A stretch of DNA of 47,565 bases, the filler included, from Catajapyx aquilonaris (taxonomy: Eukaryota): assembly GCA_000934665.2 (NCBI GenBank). It is 2 parts of 2 records of this genome, joined end to end, with 100 filler letters (N's around TTAATTAATTAA, not from the genome) between each part and the next. Parts side by side here need not be neighbours in the genome. Positions count along the whole stretch, not along the records: positions 23,823 to 47,565 come from JYFJ02005634.1; 1 more part is not named here. The stretch is one strand, 5' to 3'. The translations under genes and the position numbers were made by a program. The notes below the pieces were generated by a model. That model was not told where the DNA came from, made no database searches, and worked only from the letters and a program-made list of their open reading frames with translations. Positions 35,115-46,765 of the stretch are shown piece by piece. How positions within the stretch are numbered: position 1 is the stretch's first letter; the number at the start of each line of letters is the position of its first letter.

Positions 35115-37064
35115 CTCATCTTTGGGATTCATCACTGCCTTGGGAACTGACACAGTGTGGCTGCCAACCTCCAGCCCCAGAATAGATGCCACTACCTCAT
35201 CCTCGATTGTCATGGTCATAGTTGATTCTCTTCTGTCTGTGGTTGAGATTGATTCGGCCTGCAACTGCTGATGCCCCATTGCCCTCATGGTTGGCAATAA
35301 AGCAACCAGCTCCTGATGTGTTGACATGATGGCAGGTTGGTCTGGATAGCCATGCTTGCACCGCAAACACAAGAAATCTGCCAGTGACAATGATGCTGCC
35401 ATATTAGGCCCAGCAACTTCCAATATTTCTTCTAATGTACACTGGCTCAACATTTCTTGCAGCTTTTCCTTTCGCCGTTGTGACTTCTCCTCAGGAGTTG
35501 TGTAAGCATAGCGTCCACGCCGCTTCTTCTTCCCGATTGTGAGTCCATTTTGGTCTTGCTGTGAAGATTGAGGTGGGTCTTGTGTGGACTCATCAGTGTC
35601 GTGTGGTGGATTTAGGTCAGATGCAGCTTGGCGTGCTGCAGGCAAATCTGATATGGTTCCATGATCTGGAAACATGTCAAAATGAGTTGCCATCCTGGCA
35701 CGACCAAGGTAAATCTTAGAACATTTTGGACATCTGTAAAGAGGTTCGAGACGTCGTCGTCCTTGTTCAATACCAGGTAGCAAGTCTGGGGTTGTTTTGC
35801 CTTTCATATCCACAATATCTCTATTATTCAGTCCATTATTACGACAGAGGGGGCGTGTAAATCTGCCAAATCTAGTTAAACTAGGCCGATCTGGAATGAT
35901 CTCCTCATCCGATTCGGTCGTCTCCTCCTCACTCTCTGCCTCACGACTTGAATGGCTAGCAGATACTGACTTTGGTGGGCGGCCACTCTTCCTTTGTGTT
36001 CCAGACTGCGGTGAAATGGTGGTAGTGACATCAGCCTTATTTCGGAGATTCAGATCTTCTGGATCTTCTGGAACCACGCACGGGCTGTAGATGATGCGTG
36101 TATTAGTCTCATTGTCATATATGACATTGCGGCTAGGAGCGGATTGGGATTGTGATGACATTTGACGCTCACGAAGAACTGTGGCGATCTGGTGGAGCTG
36201 CTCAGTGCTTAGTGGTTGAGTACTTTGGAACGTGTTCCCTTGTTGAATTAATTGAATGGTATTTTCACTGGATCCAAGAGGCTTATCTGAGTTGGATTTC
36301 CGGACTGGGATTTTCTGGGGTGGCTCTGGGATGGTGGGTGCTGGTGTGACAGCAAGGGAAACACGTGGCGGTTGTACAGCCCCTGGTGCCACTTGTGTAA
36401 TTGTTGTGCGTGTAGTATTTGCTGTTGTAGTCTGCGGCAGCTGCACAGTGCGCACCATTAATCCTTGCTGTCCTTCTGTCATTGGGGTAACAGCAGTTCC
36501 ATTACGTGGCTTTGGCTTCAGCAGGCTACACATATTCTGTGGCTGTGGCTGAGGCTGAGGCTGTGGAGCGGGTGGCTGCTCCGGAACTTGTACCATCCCT
36601 ACCTCTGGTTCAGGTTCAGGTTCAGGTTCAGGTTCAGGTGCAGGCTCTGTCTCCATCATAGTCTCACCCTCTGCAGGTGCCTCCTCCATGTGTAGAGTCA
36701 CTTCCACATGGGTCTCAACGGCTAATGGTTGCAAACCCAGAGCTGCAATTTGATCCGCCGTCCAATGTTCCCCATGTAGCATAGCGACGAAACACTCCAC
36801 ATTATCAAGCGACAACCCAGCATACTGGGTGATCTGCTGGGTTTCTGCTGGAGCTGGCTCAGTTTCTTCTGTCTGCTCAGACACATCTGGTGTTATTGCC
36901 TCAACTACATCTTCTTCACTTCTGGCCACCACTGCCTCACTTGCTTCTTGCACAGCCTGCTGAAGCACATCTGGGCTTATATTGCTCAGGTCACTATCAC
37001 CTGTGAGTATAACCGCCTGTCCATTAATAAACACCAGCCTGGCATTGGGTCCAACCTCCTCCAT
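35115..37064 (-). CDS. ZNF839: ZNF839-like zinc finger protein, large first coding exon (650 codons)
   Basis: Long ORF with TRFGRFTRP, a single C2H2-type finger CPKCSKIYLG..RMATHF..FPDHG and LQEMLSQC..EEILEVAGP...LADFL, all resembling the ZNF839 family. Phase-0 donor GAG|GTAGAT at 35114. Confidence 0.82.
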
Positions 37065-37150
37065 ATTGAGCTACAAGTTTCCGAAGTCTGATGGGTCCGC
37101 ACACACTGCACTTGTCCCGCGAATCTTTTCAACTTCCCCAATCGTGATGA

Positions 37151-37168
37151 TTACATGGAGGCCGCCAT
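37151..37168 (-). other. uORF (MAASM*) within a YY1-like CAACATGGCGGC motif in the ZNF839-like leader
   Basis: Minus strand reads caacATGGCGGCCTCCATGTAA, about 100 nt upstream of the main ATG. Confidence 0.5.
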
Positions 37169-37169
37169 G

Positions 37170-37510
37170 TTGGATGTGCCGTACAAGCGTTCGAAAAGTG
37201 GCGTCCCTTCTGCACGACACAAGACACAACACAATGCACCAAACCGACACTCGATTTCAGGTAGTAATTAACAAGGGAACTGGACGGGGTTGTTGGCGGG
37301 CTTGGCTGAACTGAATCGAGGGAGGGAAGGGAGAAGACGCGGGCAGGTTCGGGACAGCGTCTGGCGGGAGGTCAACCGGCAGGCATTTTGTTTTTATAAC
37401 CGCAATTCAAGATGCTTATCCGGGATTGGCGGGCCGTCAGAGAGGCCCCTCCCTCGACGCTGTGACGTCACTTCCCCTCGTTTATTTTGAATTGAACGAA
37501 CCGCGGCCAA
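37170..37510 (-). promoter_or_regulatory. CpG-rich promoter of the ZNF839-like gene
   Basis: Local CpG enrichment relative to the CpG-poor gene body. CRE TGACGTCA (37463-37470) overlaps an ETS core (minus strand GGAAGTGACGTCA). Also ATTGG at about 37425 and three TGGCGGG E2F-like motifs (about 37294, 37362, 37427). Confidence 0.6.
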
Positions 37511-37820
37511 CATTAACGCTTAACTTGATACTGCTATATAAGTTACTGGCCCAAGTTAATGTATAAAAAAAACAGTAGCCTTCCACGTGTGCTCCTTTAG
37601 TAGCAAGGACAATTTTAAGCCGATAATCTCCCTCCCCAAGGTGCTCTCCAGAAGGTCAGCGGTTATAGAGGACATAATTATATGTCATTATTTGAGCTGT
37701 CCACTTTAGTTGCATAGACGCTGTCTTGGAGTTGTGGAAAGGCGAGATGTGCGAGATGTCCGGCATGTCCAGCACTTCTGTGATCAAGTTCAGCTCGGCT
37801 AACCACCACACAATACTTGC

Positions 37821-37821
37821 G

Positions 37822-37901
<80 letters not shown>
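37821..37901. repeat. (GTT)27 microsatellite
   Basis: Read directly from the sequence. Confidence 0.95.
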
Positions 37902-37902
<1 letters not shown>

Positions 37903-39755
37903 TTTTCATCTGTAGATGCTATGTAATGCATCTTCCGAAATTTTTGAGTCTCCAGACCATTTAAACAACTAAAACCTTAAAAACCTCTGCATGTCTATTT
38001 GTTACTGCTCTTTGAACCTAGGGACGTTCATTGTGGGTACCGGTATGTCTCGCCAACGAAGAAATATAACACTTTTTTCTAGAAGAAGAAATAAAAATCT
38101 ACGGTAAGTTTCATTATTTTGATTAAACTTTAGTTAAAGCAGCATACACTATAATTATGTACAGAAGTACATTAAAAGTCTTAAATGGCTCATTTTTGCG
38201 GTATGAGGACCATTTCCCGATTATCCGTGTTTTCCGATTATCTGACGACACTGGTGCAGCCATTATCCCGGATAATCGGGAGTACAGTGTATGTATAGTT
38301 TGTGCATCTCTGCAGAGAAGGCCATAGAGCTGCTGGGCTGGTATTAGTTGAGTGTTGACACATATCTAAAGGCAGTGAGCATCATGCACTGGAGCAATGA
38401 TCCCATGAATGTGTTGACCATCATGACTACAAATTCGAACAATTTACCTGATGAGATTGAAGGGCTAGAATTGAAGTACCGCCAGTACGTATTTGACTCT
38501 GCGAATATGGCTGGGTTGGTTGAGGTGGGAGTCGCCTTGCTGGTTTACCATCTGAAATGTGTTTTGAATTGCTTTCCAAAATTAGCTCTGTGCAAAACTT
38601 TGGATATTTTTTGCAAAATATTGATCACGGTAATTTCAAATCAGTTATGAGATGACTGGTGTTTTGAATTCGTGCCCACTTCTTCACCCACGGTATGTGG
38701 CGCCTCTGTCTGTGAGTATTGCTAAGCATTGCCCAAATGATCTGGCAATTCTGGAGGTACAATCAAATATGGCCGACATTTGGGCGTTCGAAAGCATGCT
38801 CCTTGGCCGAGATTACGCTTCCTCCGTGCTTCTTAAAAAGTTTGGAGAAAAGCTCAATACAGCATGTGATTGACGGAACCGGACGGAACAGTGGACTGAC
38901 TCAGGCTTTCGCTGGTAGGTCGTAGCTTGCTAAAACAAAACCACAGAGACACATGCACGTGCTAGTTGTTGAGGTACTAGTAGTGAGCATGTGATTCAGG
39001 CACAATTACTGCCATGAATACCTGAATCCTGGCTGTTTACACTAAGCAGCTCATCACTTCAGCTCAGGTTGCTGCAATATCTGCCAGTGTCAGATGCAAT
39101 CTGGAGACAATTGCAGACTAAAGTGTCTTAGCTTATTTAAGCTTTAAAGCGGCAGGAATTACTGGTGGAAGTAGCAGGTTGCCTAGTGTAAGTAGCTTTT
39201 TAGCGGACATATACATGCAGCGATCTGGTTGTTGGACAAATTGGTGCAACAAGTCGTGACAAAAATAGTGCAGAATAGTGAAGAATAGGCTGTCAGAGTG
39301 CAAGTGGTGGGATCAGATGGTGCCAACTTAATCTGGCCTGATTCTGCCCCCACAGTTTTGCTTCTTAGAGGATACATGTGCCAACCGCAGTAACACATGA
39401 TGTTGAGTGAACTTCCTTTCTGTACATTGCCATTGCCCTCTTAACAGTCACTGAACATCCAGTCTCATTTCTTGATTGTTAAATTTTAATATACAGGTAG
39501 TCCCCGGTCTACGAAGGTTACGTTCCTGAAAATGTCTATAAGTCGGATTTGTACATAACTCGGATCCCTGAGGAACAGCGCATATATCCCGCATAAAGAT
39601 TCAGCTCCAAGCACAAAGAACTTAGTTTCCCAATTATTTATTTATTATACAGTAAAACTTCTATAAGTTGAACTTCCCTAAGTCGAAGTTCTCCATAACT
39701 CGAAGTGCAGGCAGGGCCTTACGATGGGATATTGATGCATTTTCAGTCTCCCTAC

Positions 39756-41258
39756 GGCCCGGTTCACACGTGGCCACTTTTAGTGGTAGACGCTCGCCAC
39801 AGCAACTGCCCTTGCTTATACACAGGATTAAATGGGAGCATTCACATGTGGCCACTGCAGTGGCGAGGGTAGGCGTCTGTGAGCTCGAAGTGGCTTGGAA
39901 ATTGCTCGACAGTGCGATTGAGTAGAAGGCCCGAGCGTCTTTGTTCCTATATAAGCACTTAAGGCCAGGCACAGGCGCCACTCGGTAGCAGACAATTGAT
40001 TTGCATTGGTGTGTTCACACGGAGCCACAGCCACATGCCACTCACACCCGCAACAGGCCCGCAGGCCCAGTCATATGTCCATGCTACAGGATCATCGAAA
40101 AAGAATGTCCCAGTTTTGAAACCCTATAACTCAAAAGCTTGTGGAGATATCGTAATGATTTAAGTTTTGAAATATTAAGAAACGTCTAACGTTTTGGTCT
40201 TATCATAGTTTGTTTCGATATGAGCTCCATTTGTTGCGCAAAAAATGTAAATATGGTTATCGGTGTCCTGCCTAACCCGCTCAGGCATGTCTGGCGTTAC
40301 CGCTGAAATATTTTGTCGTAGGTGATGGAGGTGCCGAATCTTGTCACCATACATGTATCTCCGCAGAAAAAGTCAATCGGGGTAAAATCTGGGCTTCTGG
40401 AGGAGCTAGGCATGGAGAAATTTCTCATACGAGACTTCTCACACTGGGAAGCTGACCAAATAAAAAATTTCTACGGCAGGTTTATTTCATGGATGAAGTG
40501 ACTTTATTTGAATCATCAAGAACAATGTCTGTGGTGTAAATATCAGAGATATCCAGCACCTACGGGATAGGATTGCAACGGTAACTCCAGATGTGATTGA
40601 TAGGGTTTGTCCCGACACCAAATACAGACTTTTAAATCTGCCTAGCCATAAATGAAGCTCATATCTAAAAAAAAATAACCTGAAACCAAAACTGTAGACC
40701 TTTCTTAGTATTTCAAAACTTAAATCATTCAGATATGTCTGCAAGTTTTCGAGTTATACGGTTTTTAAAAATGGGACATTCACCCACGGTATGTAGGAAA
40801 GGGCAGTTTACCACCGTGGATTGTGCAATTAGTGAAGGAAATTAATATCGAAGACTTTATACCTGAAGTTGAGGCCTATGCACCTATCCAGACATTTGGG
40901 ACGCATCAGTTGCCGAAAAAAAACCGGGGGNGGGAGAGAGAGAGAGAGAAACCTTCCATCATCTTGCCTCAGATCTGGGAATAGTATATGGTACAGCCCT
41001 TTCAACGACGACCTTTCCAGTCAAGGATGAACATGAATTTTCCTGTTTTGCCTGCACTTTTTATTCCTTGTCAATAGAAGGAGTACCAATAATGCATTTA
41101 AAGCCACTGGTTGCCATACTGAATCTGGCCGACCTGCTGTGATGAGCGTCTGCCCCAGTGCAGTGGCCGACTCGAGTGCTTGCAGTGCCGGAAGCCAGCG
41201 ACTGCAGTATGCTGTGGCTGTGAGCACGCGACTGAAGTGGCCACGTGTGAACAGCCCC
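39756..41258. mobile_element. Harbinger-type MITE
   Basis: GG...GTTCACACGTGGCCACTT TIR; TAC / TAA flanks. Confidence 0.7.
40087..40789 (-). mobile_element. Tc1/mariner (DD41D-like) deletion derivative
   Basis: TA flanks; GAATGTCCCA.TTTT..AA..C.TATAACTC inverted ends; minus-strand remnant RSPDFTPIDFF at about 40365-40400. Confidence 0.65.
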
Positions 41259-41424
41259 TAACTCGAAGTTCATGTTGGCGAGTACAGAAAATTTTCTCAT
41301 TTCTCAGGCGAAGGGTAGAGAGTAGGCCACATGTACAGAAAGGCTCAATTTCCTGATCTCCGTCTACCTGACGTACCTAAAGAAGGGTTTGACCCGATTG
41401 TGACAATTGAATCCTTGAATCTAA

Positions 41425-41623
41425 GGCCCCGGTCACACTAGACGGAATTTCCGCAACGGCAAATCCGCTAAAAAAAAATCACCACATTGTAGTAAACGGG
41501 ATTCCGTCGGACGGAAGAACCATCGTGTGTGTCACCTCCCGACCAAATCCCGTTTACTTCCATGTGTTTGATTTTTTGAGCGGAATTTCCGTCACAGAAA
41601 GTCCGTGTAGTGTGGCTGGGGTC
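41425..41623. mobile_element. Harbinger-type MITE
   Basis: TAA TSD; TIR GGCCCCGGTCACACTA / TAGTGTGGCTGGGGTC. Confidence 0.75.
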
Positions 41624-41759
41624 TAAGAGTAGGCAAATGTCCATAACTGAGATTTTTTTTACAACAAAACAATGAGGAACATTGTAAGTGTGATAGTGAC
41701 AGTTATTTTTAAGTTTTGAACACCTTTTGTCGCTGGATATAAAGGTAGGCTTCCTTACA

Positions 41760-42359
41760 CAGAGTGTTTCAGAGTCACAGGTCAAGCGCGGGCGAGGGGG
41801 TGGGGAAAAATCATAGGTGGCGACAACCCCGGTCAGTTTTATAAAACAATTAGAAATACGGCAGTAATCAATTTATTTATTACGGCCTACGGCGTGAAGT
41901 CACATCCTTTCTGTATTCGAATTGACCCCCGCGGACTGGCAAATGCAAGGCAAATGCTTTCGGTTGAACCTGGATGAACGGGTTTTTAGCCTTGTGGGTT
42001 GCACTGAAAAAGGCGCTCTCATGCTACACCAGCAGGGTACTGAACACACCACTGTACAGTAGTACACTACGTTGTACAGTACCCTGCCGGTGTAGCATGA
42101 GAACACCTTTTTCAGTGCAACCCGCAAGGCTAAAAACCCGTTCATCCAGGTTCAACCGAAAGCATTTGCCTTGCATTTGCCAGTCCGCGGGGGTCAATTC
42201 GAATACAGAAAGGATGTGACTTCACGCCGTAGGCCGTAATAAATAAATTGATTACTGCCGTATTTCTAATTGTTTTATAAAACCGACCGGGGTTGTCGCC
42301 ACCTACAATTTTTCCCCACCCCCTCACGCGTGCTTGACTTGTGACTCTGAAACACCCTG
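41760..42359. mobile_element. 600-bp palindromic Tc1/mariner MITE
   Basis: Arms pair almost to the centre (about 42060); right flank TA; the empty host site CTTCCTTATAGA is visible at about 221-232. Confidence 0.9.
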
Positions 42360-43913
42360 TAGAGTTATGTGCTTTAAAAATTCAAAACTTCTCTAACTCG
42401 AAACTTCTCTAACTCGAAGTTTTTTCTGGTCCCATGGAGATTCGACTGATATAAGTTTTACTGTATTTATGTTGTACTTGGTGTCAGTCAGCGTACCAGG
42501 AAGTGATTGAAAGTGAAGGAATAATTATAAATTTTCTTTCCCAGGAGCCTTGGGATCCCGGTCATAAGTACGGATCGCTGTAAGTCAGGTCGTTCGTAAA
42601 CCGGGGACTACCTGTACAGTACATCCATCAACTGATTCTCATGTACTGAATTTAACTTATTACCTGGTGTTGCATAATTCTATTGTTGCACATTAATTTG
42701 ACATGTAGAGGTCATTGATAAATGGAGGAAAATGCAATCTCCACTTATGAACATTCACTTGATGTTCATTGAACATTCAGGAGATTGATTGGTTCTTGAA
42801 CATTCACCTAACATTCATGTGTTACTGGGGAACTTGCCCTGCAAGTTCGTGTCAGTGTAAACACCATCCTTAGGAGCATATTTGCCATCCCAAGGTGAAA
42901 TGCCGGATGTCCGAAAGTCACATGCAGGCCCTGCACCCATCTGGAGGGAGATGGGTGCATGTGGCCTAATAATTAATAATTCATACCCCGTTATCAGCCA
43001 TCGGCTCTTTAGGGGGGAAGTTTGTTTTGCTTGGAACTCTTTGCTTTTTTTTTTTCATTTTACTGTGCTCTTTGGGATAGGATAGGGATGGAAGCGAGTA
43101 CATCAGAGTAACAAATCAACCGCGCAAGAGGGAGTGGGGAAAAATCGTGGGTGGCAACAACTCCGGTCTGTTTTATAAAACAATGAGTAATGAGGTAGTA
43201 GGCGATTTTTTAAATTTCAGCATGACGTGATATCCTTTCTGTTTGAATTGAAAGGTGGGTACCATGTGGGTTGCACTTAACAAGGCGCTCTCATGTTACC
43301 TGCACAAAGCAAACTTCGCATGGGGCCAGGGGCCATGCTTGGGCCTCGGCAACTCCTCTCGACCTGCCCATTCAGCAGTGGACCGGGAATTGTCGGAGGA
43401 TGTCGAGGCAACCCAAGAGCACAGGTCTCTGTACAGGCGGGAATGACCGGGAATGACAGTATGCATACTGTGAGTATACAGCAAATGCTGGCACTGGCAC
43501 ACATTTGCTCTGATGCAGAGTCTGCAGCAACGTGCAATGGACCCCTGCACGTTAGGTTCATGAAGAGTAAAATGGAGAACCCAGGGAGCATTTGTTTGTC
43601 ATGATGCTGCACACGTAGACACACTGGTATCAGTTCAGGAGTGCACTTTACAGTACAGTATCTTCCATCGCACCGGACTGTTCGCTGCCAATAACCATGT
43701 CGGGAGCATTCACATTCTCTGAATTGGCTGACATGCATTTGGTGTTGGGCGAAGCCAGGGGTAATCAAGCCAGGGGCAATCGAAGGAGAGCGCCTGTGTT
43801 GTACCAAGTGATGTACCTAAGTAGACGTCATCTTCATCATTGAATGTTTCATGCGGCGGAGAGATGGATGCGAGACACCGGTACATTGCGTGTCAGGCAA
43901 GATACGGCATGTA

Positions 43914-44013
43914 CTATATCGCCCAAAAAGATAGAGACGATTTTGCATTTGACTCAAGTGCAACTTGCACTTGAATCAAATGCCAATCGTCTCTATCTTT
44001 TTGAGCGATATAG
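43914..44013. mobile_element. 100-bp palindromic MITE inserted in the transposase pseudogene
   Basis: TA + CTATATCGCCCAAAAAGATAGAGACGA ... TCGTCTCTATCTTTTTGAGCGATATAG + TA; the same terminus occurs at about 22134. Confidence 0.75.
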
Positions 44014-44096
44014 TACATACAGTATGTTGTACTGCAGTACAGTACTACTGGCCAGATAACAGGGAGTGCTAGATAATGCCTGTGTACAGTAGTAGA

Positions 44097-44623
44097 CAGT
44101 AAGTACCCATTTTACGCAGCTCCAACTTATGCCATTTCACATTAACGTAAATTTGAAAATGGTGTTTTAAAAATTTTAAATTGAAAAATTGTGAAATATT
44201 TGAGGATAACAACACAATCTGAACACAAACACATCACTGCAACACTGAGTCCAAACACACAACCATAAATGCTCTTTTTTGTTTTTCATGGTCCCTTGTG
44301 GTGGGGTCTATTGATAAATTCAGTACCGTATTCTCCGAAGTCTGTTGAATACCCTACGTCTACTGCAGTTCTTGTCAAGAGAAGGGAAAAGAGCCTCAGA
44401 ACCTGATGACCCTCAACCTGGAACCTCCCATTAAATGTGCATAATGCATGTTTGAAATAGTCAGTATTAAAAGCAGCAATTTAAGTACTGTCTGAGGGAA
44501 AATTTTGGAAATTGTGGGACCTATCTCATTCACATCCATTATATTTTTGTCTTGTTTTACGCCTTTTCACTTTGTGCCGCATTTTGCTGGAACCAATTAC
44601 TGGCGTAAAATGGGTACTACCTG
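44097..44623. mobile_element. pogo-type MITE inserted in the transposase pseudogene
   Basis: Inverted ends CAG..AGTACCCATTTTACGC; right flank TA. Confidence 0.65.
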
Positions 44624-45525
44624 TACTGTACTGTATAGTAGGCCTACTGTATTGCACATCATGACAGGTGCCCCTCATACTGTACCATGGCAATGGAGGA
44701 AGACGTTCTGGACATGGTAGCCATGAACACATCAGTACCCATGAAGTCGTGTGCAGGATCATCCATGATGAAAGGCTGTACCCATACCTGTGCAAATGGT
44801 GCATGAGATTCTTCTGACAGACTACGCTCGGTGGGGGGGGTTCAGTCGCTGGTATCGGCAACAGTGTGACTATGCGAAACAGAACCAAACTACGCAGAAC
44901 GGGTGCTGTGGACAGATGAGGCATGTTTCAGATGACATGACATCCACAATACCAGAAACTCTCATGTGTGGGCCTACACCCATGACAATCCACTTGCCTA
45001 TGAGGTTGACGCCATCAACACTGTTTCTCCATGAACGTCTGGCCTGGCATCGTCAGAGACCACCTGCTAGGGCAGCATTTTCTGCCTCCGCGCCTGGTTG
45101 AACAGATTTACTTGGAACGTCTGCAGGAGATGTTACCAGATCTGCTGGATGATGTACTGCTGGCCTTTTGTGCGAGCAAATGGTACCAGCATGATGGTGC
45201 CCCTGCGAATTTCTCTGCAGATGGTGCAACCTTCCATCACCAATGGATCGGACGGGAAGACCCCGTGACATGGCTACTTCATTCACCAGATATCACACCA
45301 CTCCACTTTTTCATGTGGGGACGTCTGAAAGAGGTTGTGTATGCGACTCTGGTCGATACATTGCAAGTCCTACAGGTTCAGATTGTGGCTGTTTTCAATG
45401 GCATCCAGAACAAGTCACTCATCTTTGGGTGTGTGAGGGGGTCCATCTCACGTCGCTGCAGCCTCTGCATCAGAGCGAATGTGCACCAGTTCCAGAATTT
45501 GCTGTAGTCACAGTATCCGTACTGT

Positions 45526-45807
45526 AGCTGGCGCTGGTGGTCTGGTGGTTAGCGCGCTCACCTCTAGACCCAAAGTTGTGTGCTCGAACCTGGCCGAGGT
45601 CGGTGACTTTTCTCCGGGTGGTAAAAAAGTGAGAGTGCGCCTTCCTCCAGAGGGGAAGTCAAGCCGTCGGTCCCGTGTGCTTGTGACATTGCCCAAGTGT
45701 ACGTTAAAGATCCCCGGAGTGGCCAAATTTCCAGGAGGAGGACCACCCCCTGGCGTCGGTGTTGAGCCTTAGCAGCAGAAATAGGCCAACGTTAAGCCCC
45801 ACCGATA
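45526..45807 (+). mobile_element. tRNA-derived SINE inserted in the right TIR of the DD41D element
   Basis: tRNA-like head; 14-bp TSD AGTATCC(G/T)TACTGT. The empty site is visible in the left TIR at about 43450-43475. Confidence 0.8.
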
Positions 45808-46399
45808 AGTATCCTTACTGTCATTCCGGGTCATTCCTGCCTGTACAGAGACCTGTGCTCCTGGATTGCCTTGACATCCTCCGCCAATTCCTGGTGCACC
45901 ACTGCATGGGCAGGTCGCAGAGAGGAATTGCCGAGGCCCAAGCATGGCCCCGGCCCATGCAAACAGTTTGATTTGCGCAGGTAGCATGAGAGCACCTTGG
46001 TCAGTGTAACCTGCACAGCACCCACCTTTCAATTCAAACAGAAAAGTTGTGACGTCATGCCAAAATAAAAAAATTGCCTACGAGGCTACCTTACTGTTAA
46101 TTGTTTTATAAGACCTGCCAGGGTTGTCGCCACCTACAATTTCTCCCCACCCCCTATTGTGCGCTTGACCCGTTACTCTGATACGCCCTCTATTCCTGTG
46201 AGGTTCCCTTGATCTCTATGAATTGTAATGTAACTATCTTGTGGGATGCAAGTTTTTAAAAGTAGAGGCAGTGAAGATAATAGTCAAAACAAGTGATTCC
46301 CTAATCCTTGTGATTTTTAATCTGAAAATGAATTTTATACAGTACATTTTGAAAACCAATCATCGTGACTCGTTTAAAGAAAATAAAATGAAATAAAAT

Positions 46400-46765
46400 A
46401 ATCTAGCTTTCCGTGCACCTCCCGTGGTGATCCCCCCCCCCCCCTTCTTATACCGCATTAGAGGGAACTGGACCCTTTTAGGGGGGGAGGAACACCACCA
46501 TACTTTCCATTTTCTAGTGATTTTTTCTTCAAGTTCCATGAAGGGAAGAAAGGGCATGGGGTAAGCGTAAAGATGGGGATTTTTAGGGGAGGAGACACAG
46601 GTGTTAGTGCAATGTTGGATTACTGGGTCATGTGCTTAGGTTGCCAGTACCTCCAAGGCGCGGGTCAGAGACCCTCCTGACGCAGGCAAAAGGGAACTCC
46701 CGGGCGGAGATTGAACCCGGGACCTTCTGCTCAGCAAGTTGAGTCGTTACCAACTCGGCTTCCTG
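46400..46765 (-). mobile_element. tRNA-derived SINE (diverged)
   Basis: Minus strand AGCCGAGTTGG...GGTTCAATCTC head; A/T-rich tail at the left end. Boundaries approximate. Confidence 0.5.

Larger units (their letters stand above)
39650..42463. mobile_element. pogo-type MITE (CAGTAAAACTT family)
   Basis: TA TSD; TIR CAGTAAAACTT; repeated TAACTCGAAG motif; the same right end occurs at about 219-332. Confidence 0.8.
39494..42614. mobile_element. pogo-type MITE (outermost of a 4-level nest)
   Basis: TA + CAGGTAGTCCCCGGT ... ACCGGGGACTACCTG + TA. Confidence 0.85.
43697..45507 (+). pseudogene. DD41D-type transposase pseudogene
   Basis: MSGAFTFSELADMHLVLGEARGN (DUF4817-like N-terminus), MRDTGT, RIIHDERLYPY, VLWTDEACF, and WYQHDGAPA...WIGR...SPDITPLHFFMWGRLK. 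Frameshifts, stops, and the third catalytic D changed to H. Confidence 0.85.
43101..46190 (+). mobile_element. Long-TIR Tc1/mariner element, DD41D (rosa/VS)-like, defective
   Basis: TA flanks; ~450-bp imperfect TIRs; internal transposase pseudogene; three nested insertions. Confidence 0.8.

Noticed and set aside
35011..36695. Plus-strand ORFs antisense to the ZNF839-like exon
   Set aside because: Shadow ORFs of a long coding exon.
38045..38109. First exon of a divergent gene (ATG...CG|GTAAGT)
   Set aside because: MSRQRRNITLFLEEEIKI resembles a pogo/Tigger transposase N-terminus and lies next to a pogo MITE end (38289); no downstream exons were found.
38348..38925. Adjacent 100-aa and 73-aa ORFs
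   Set aside because: No recognisable domain or splice structure; probably decayed repeat sequence. I could not assign them.
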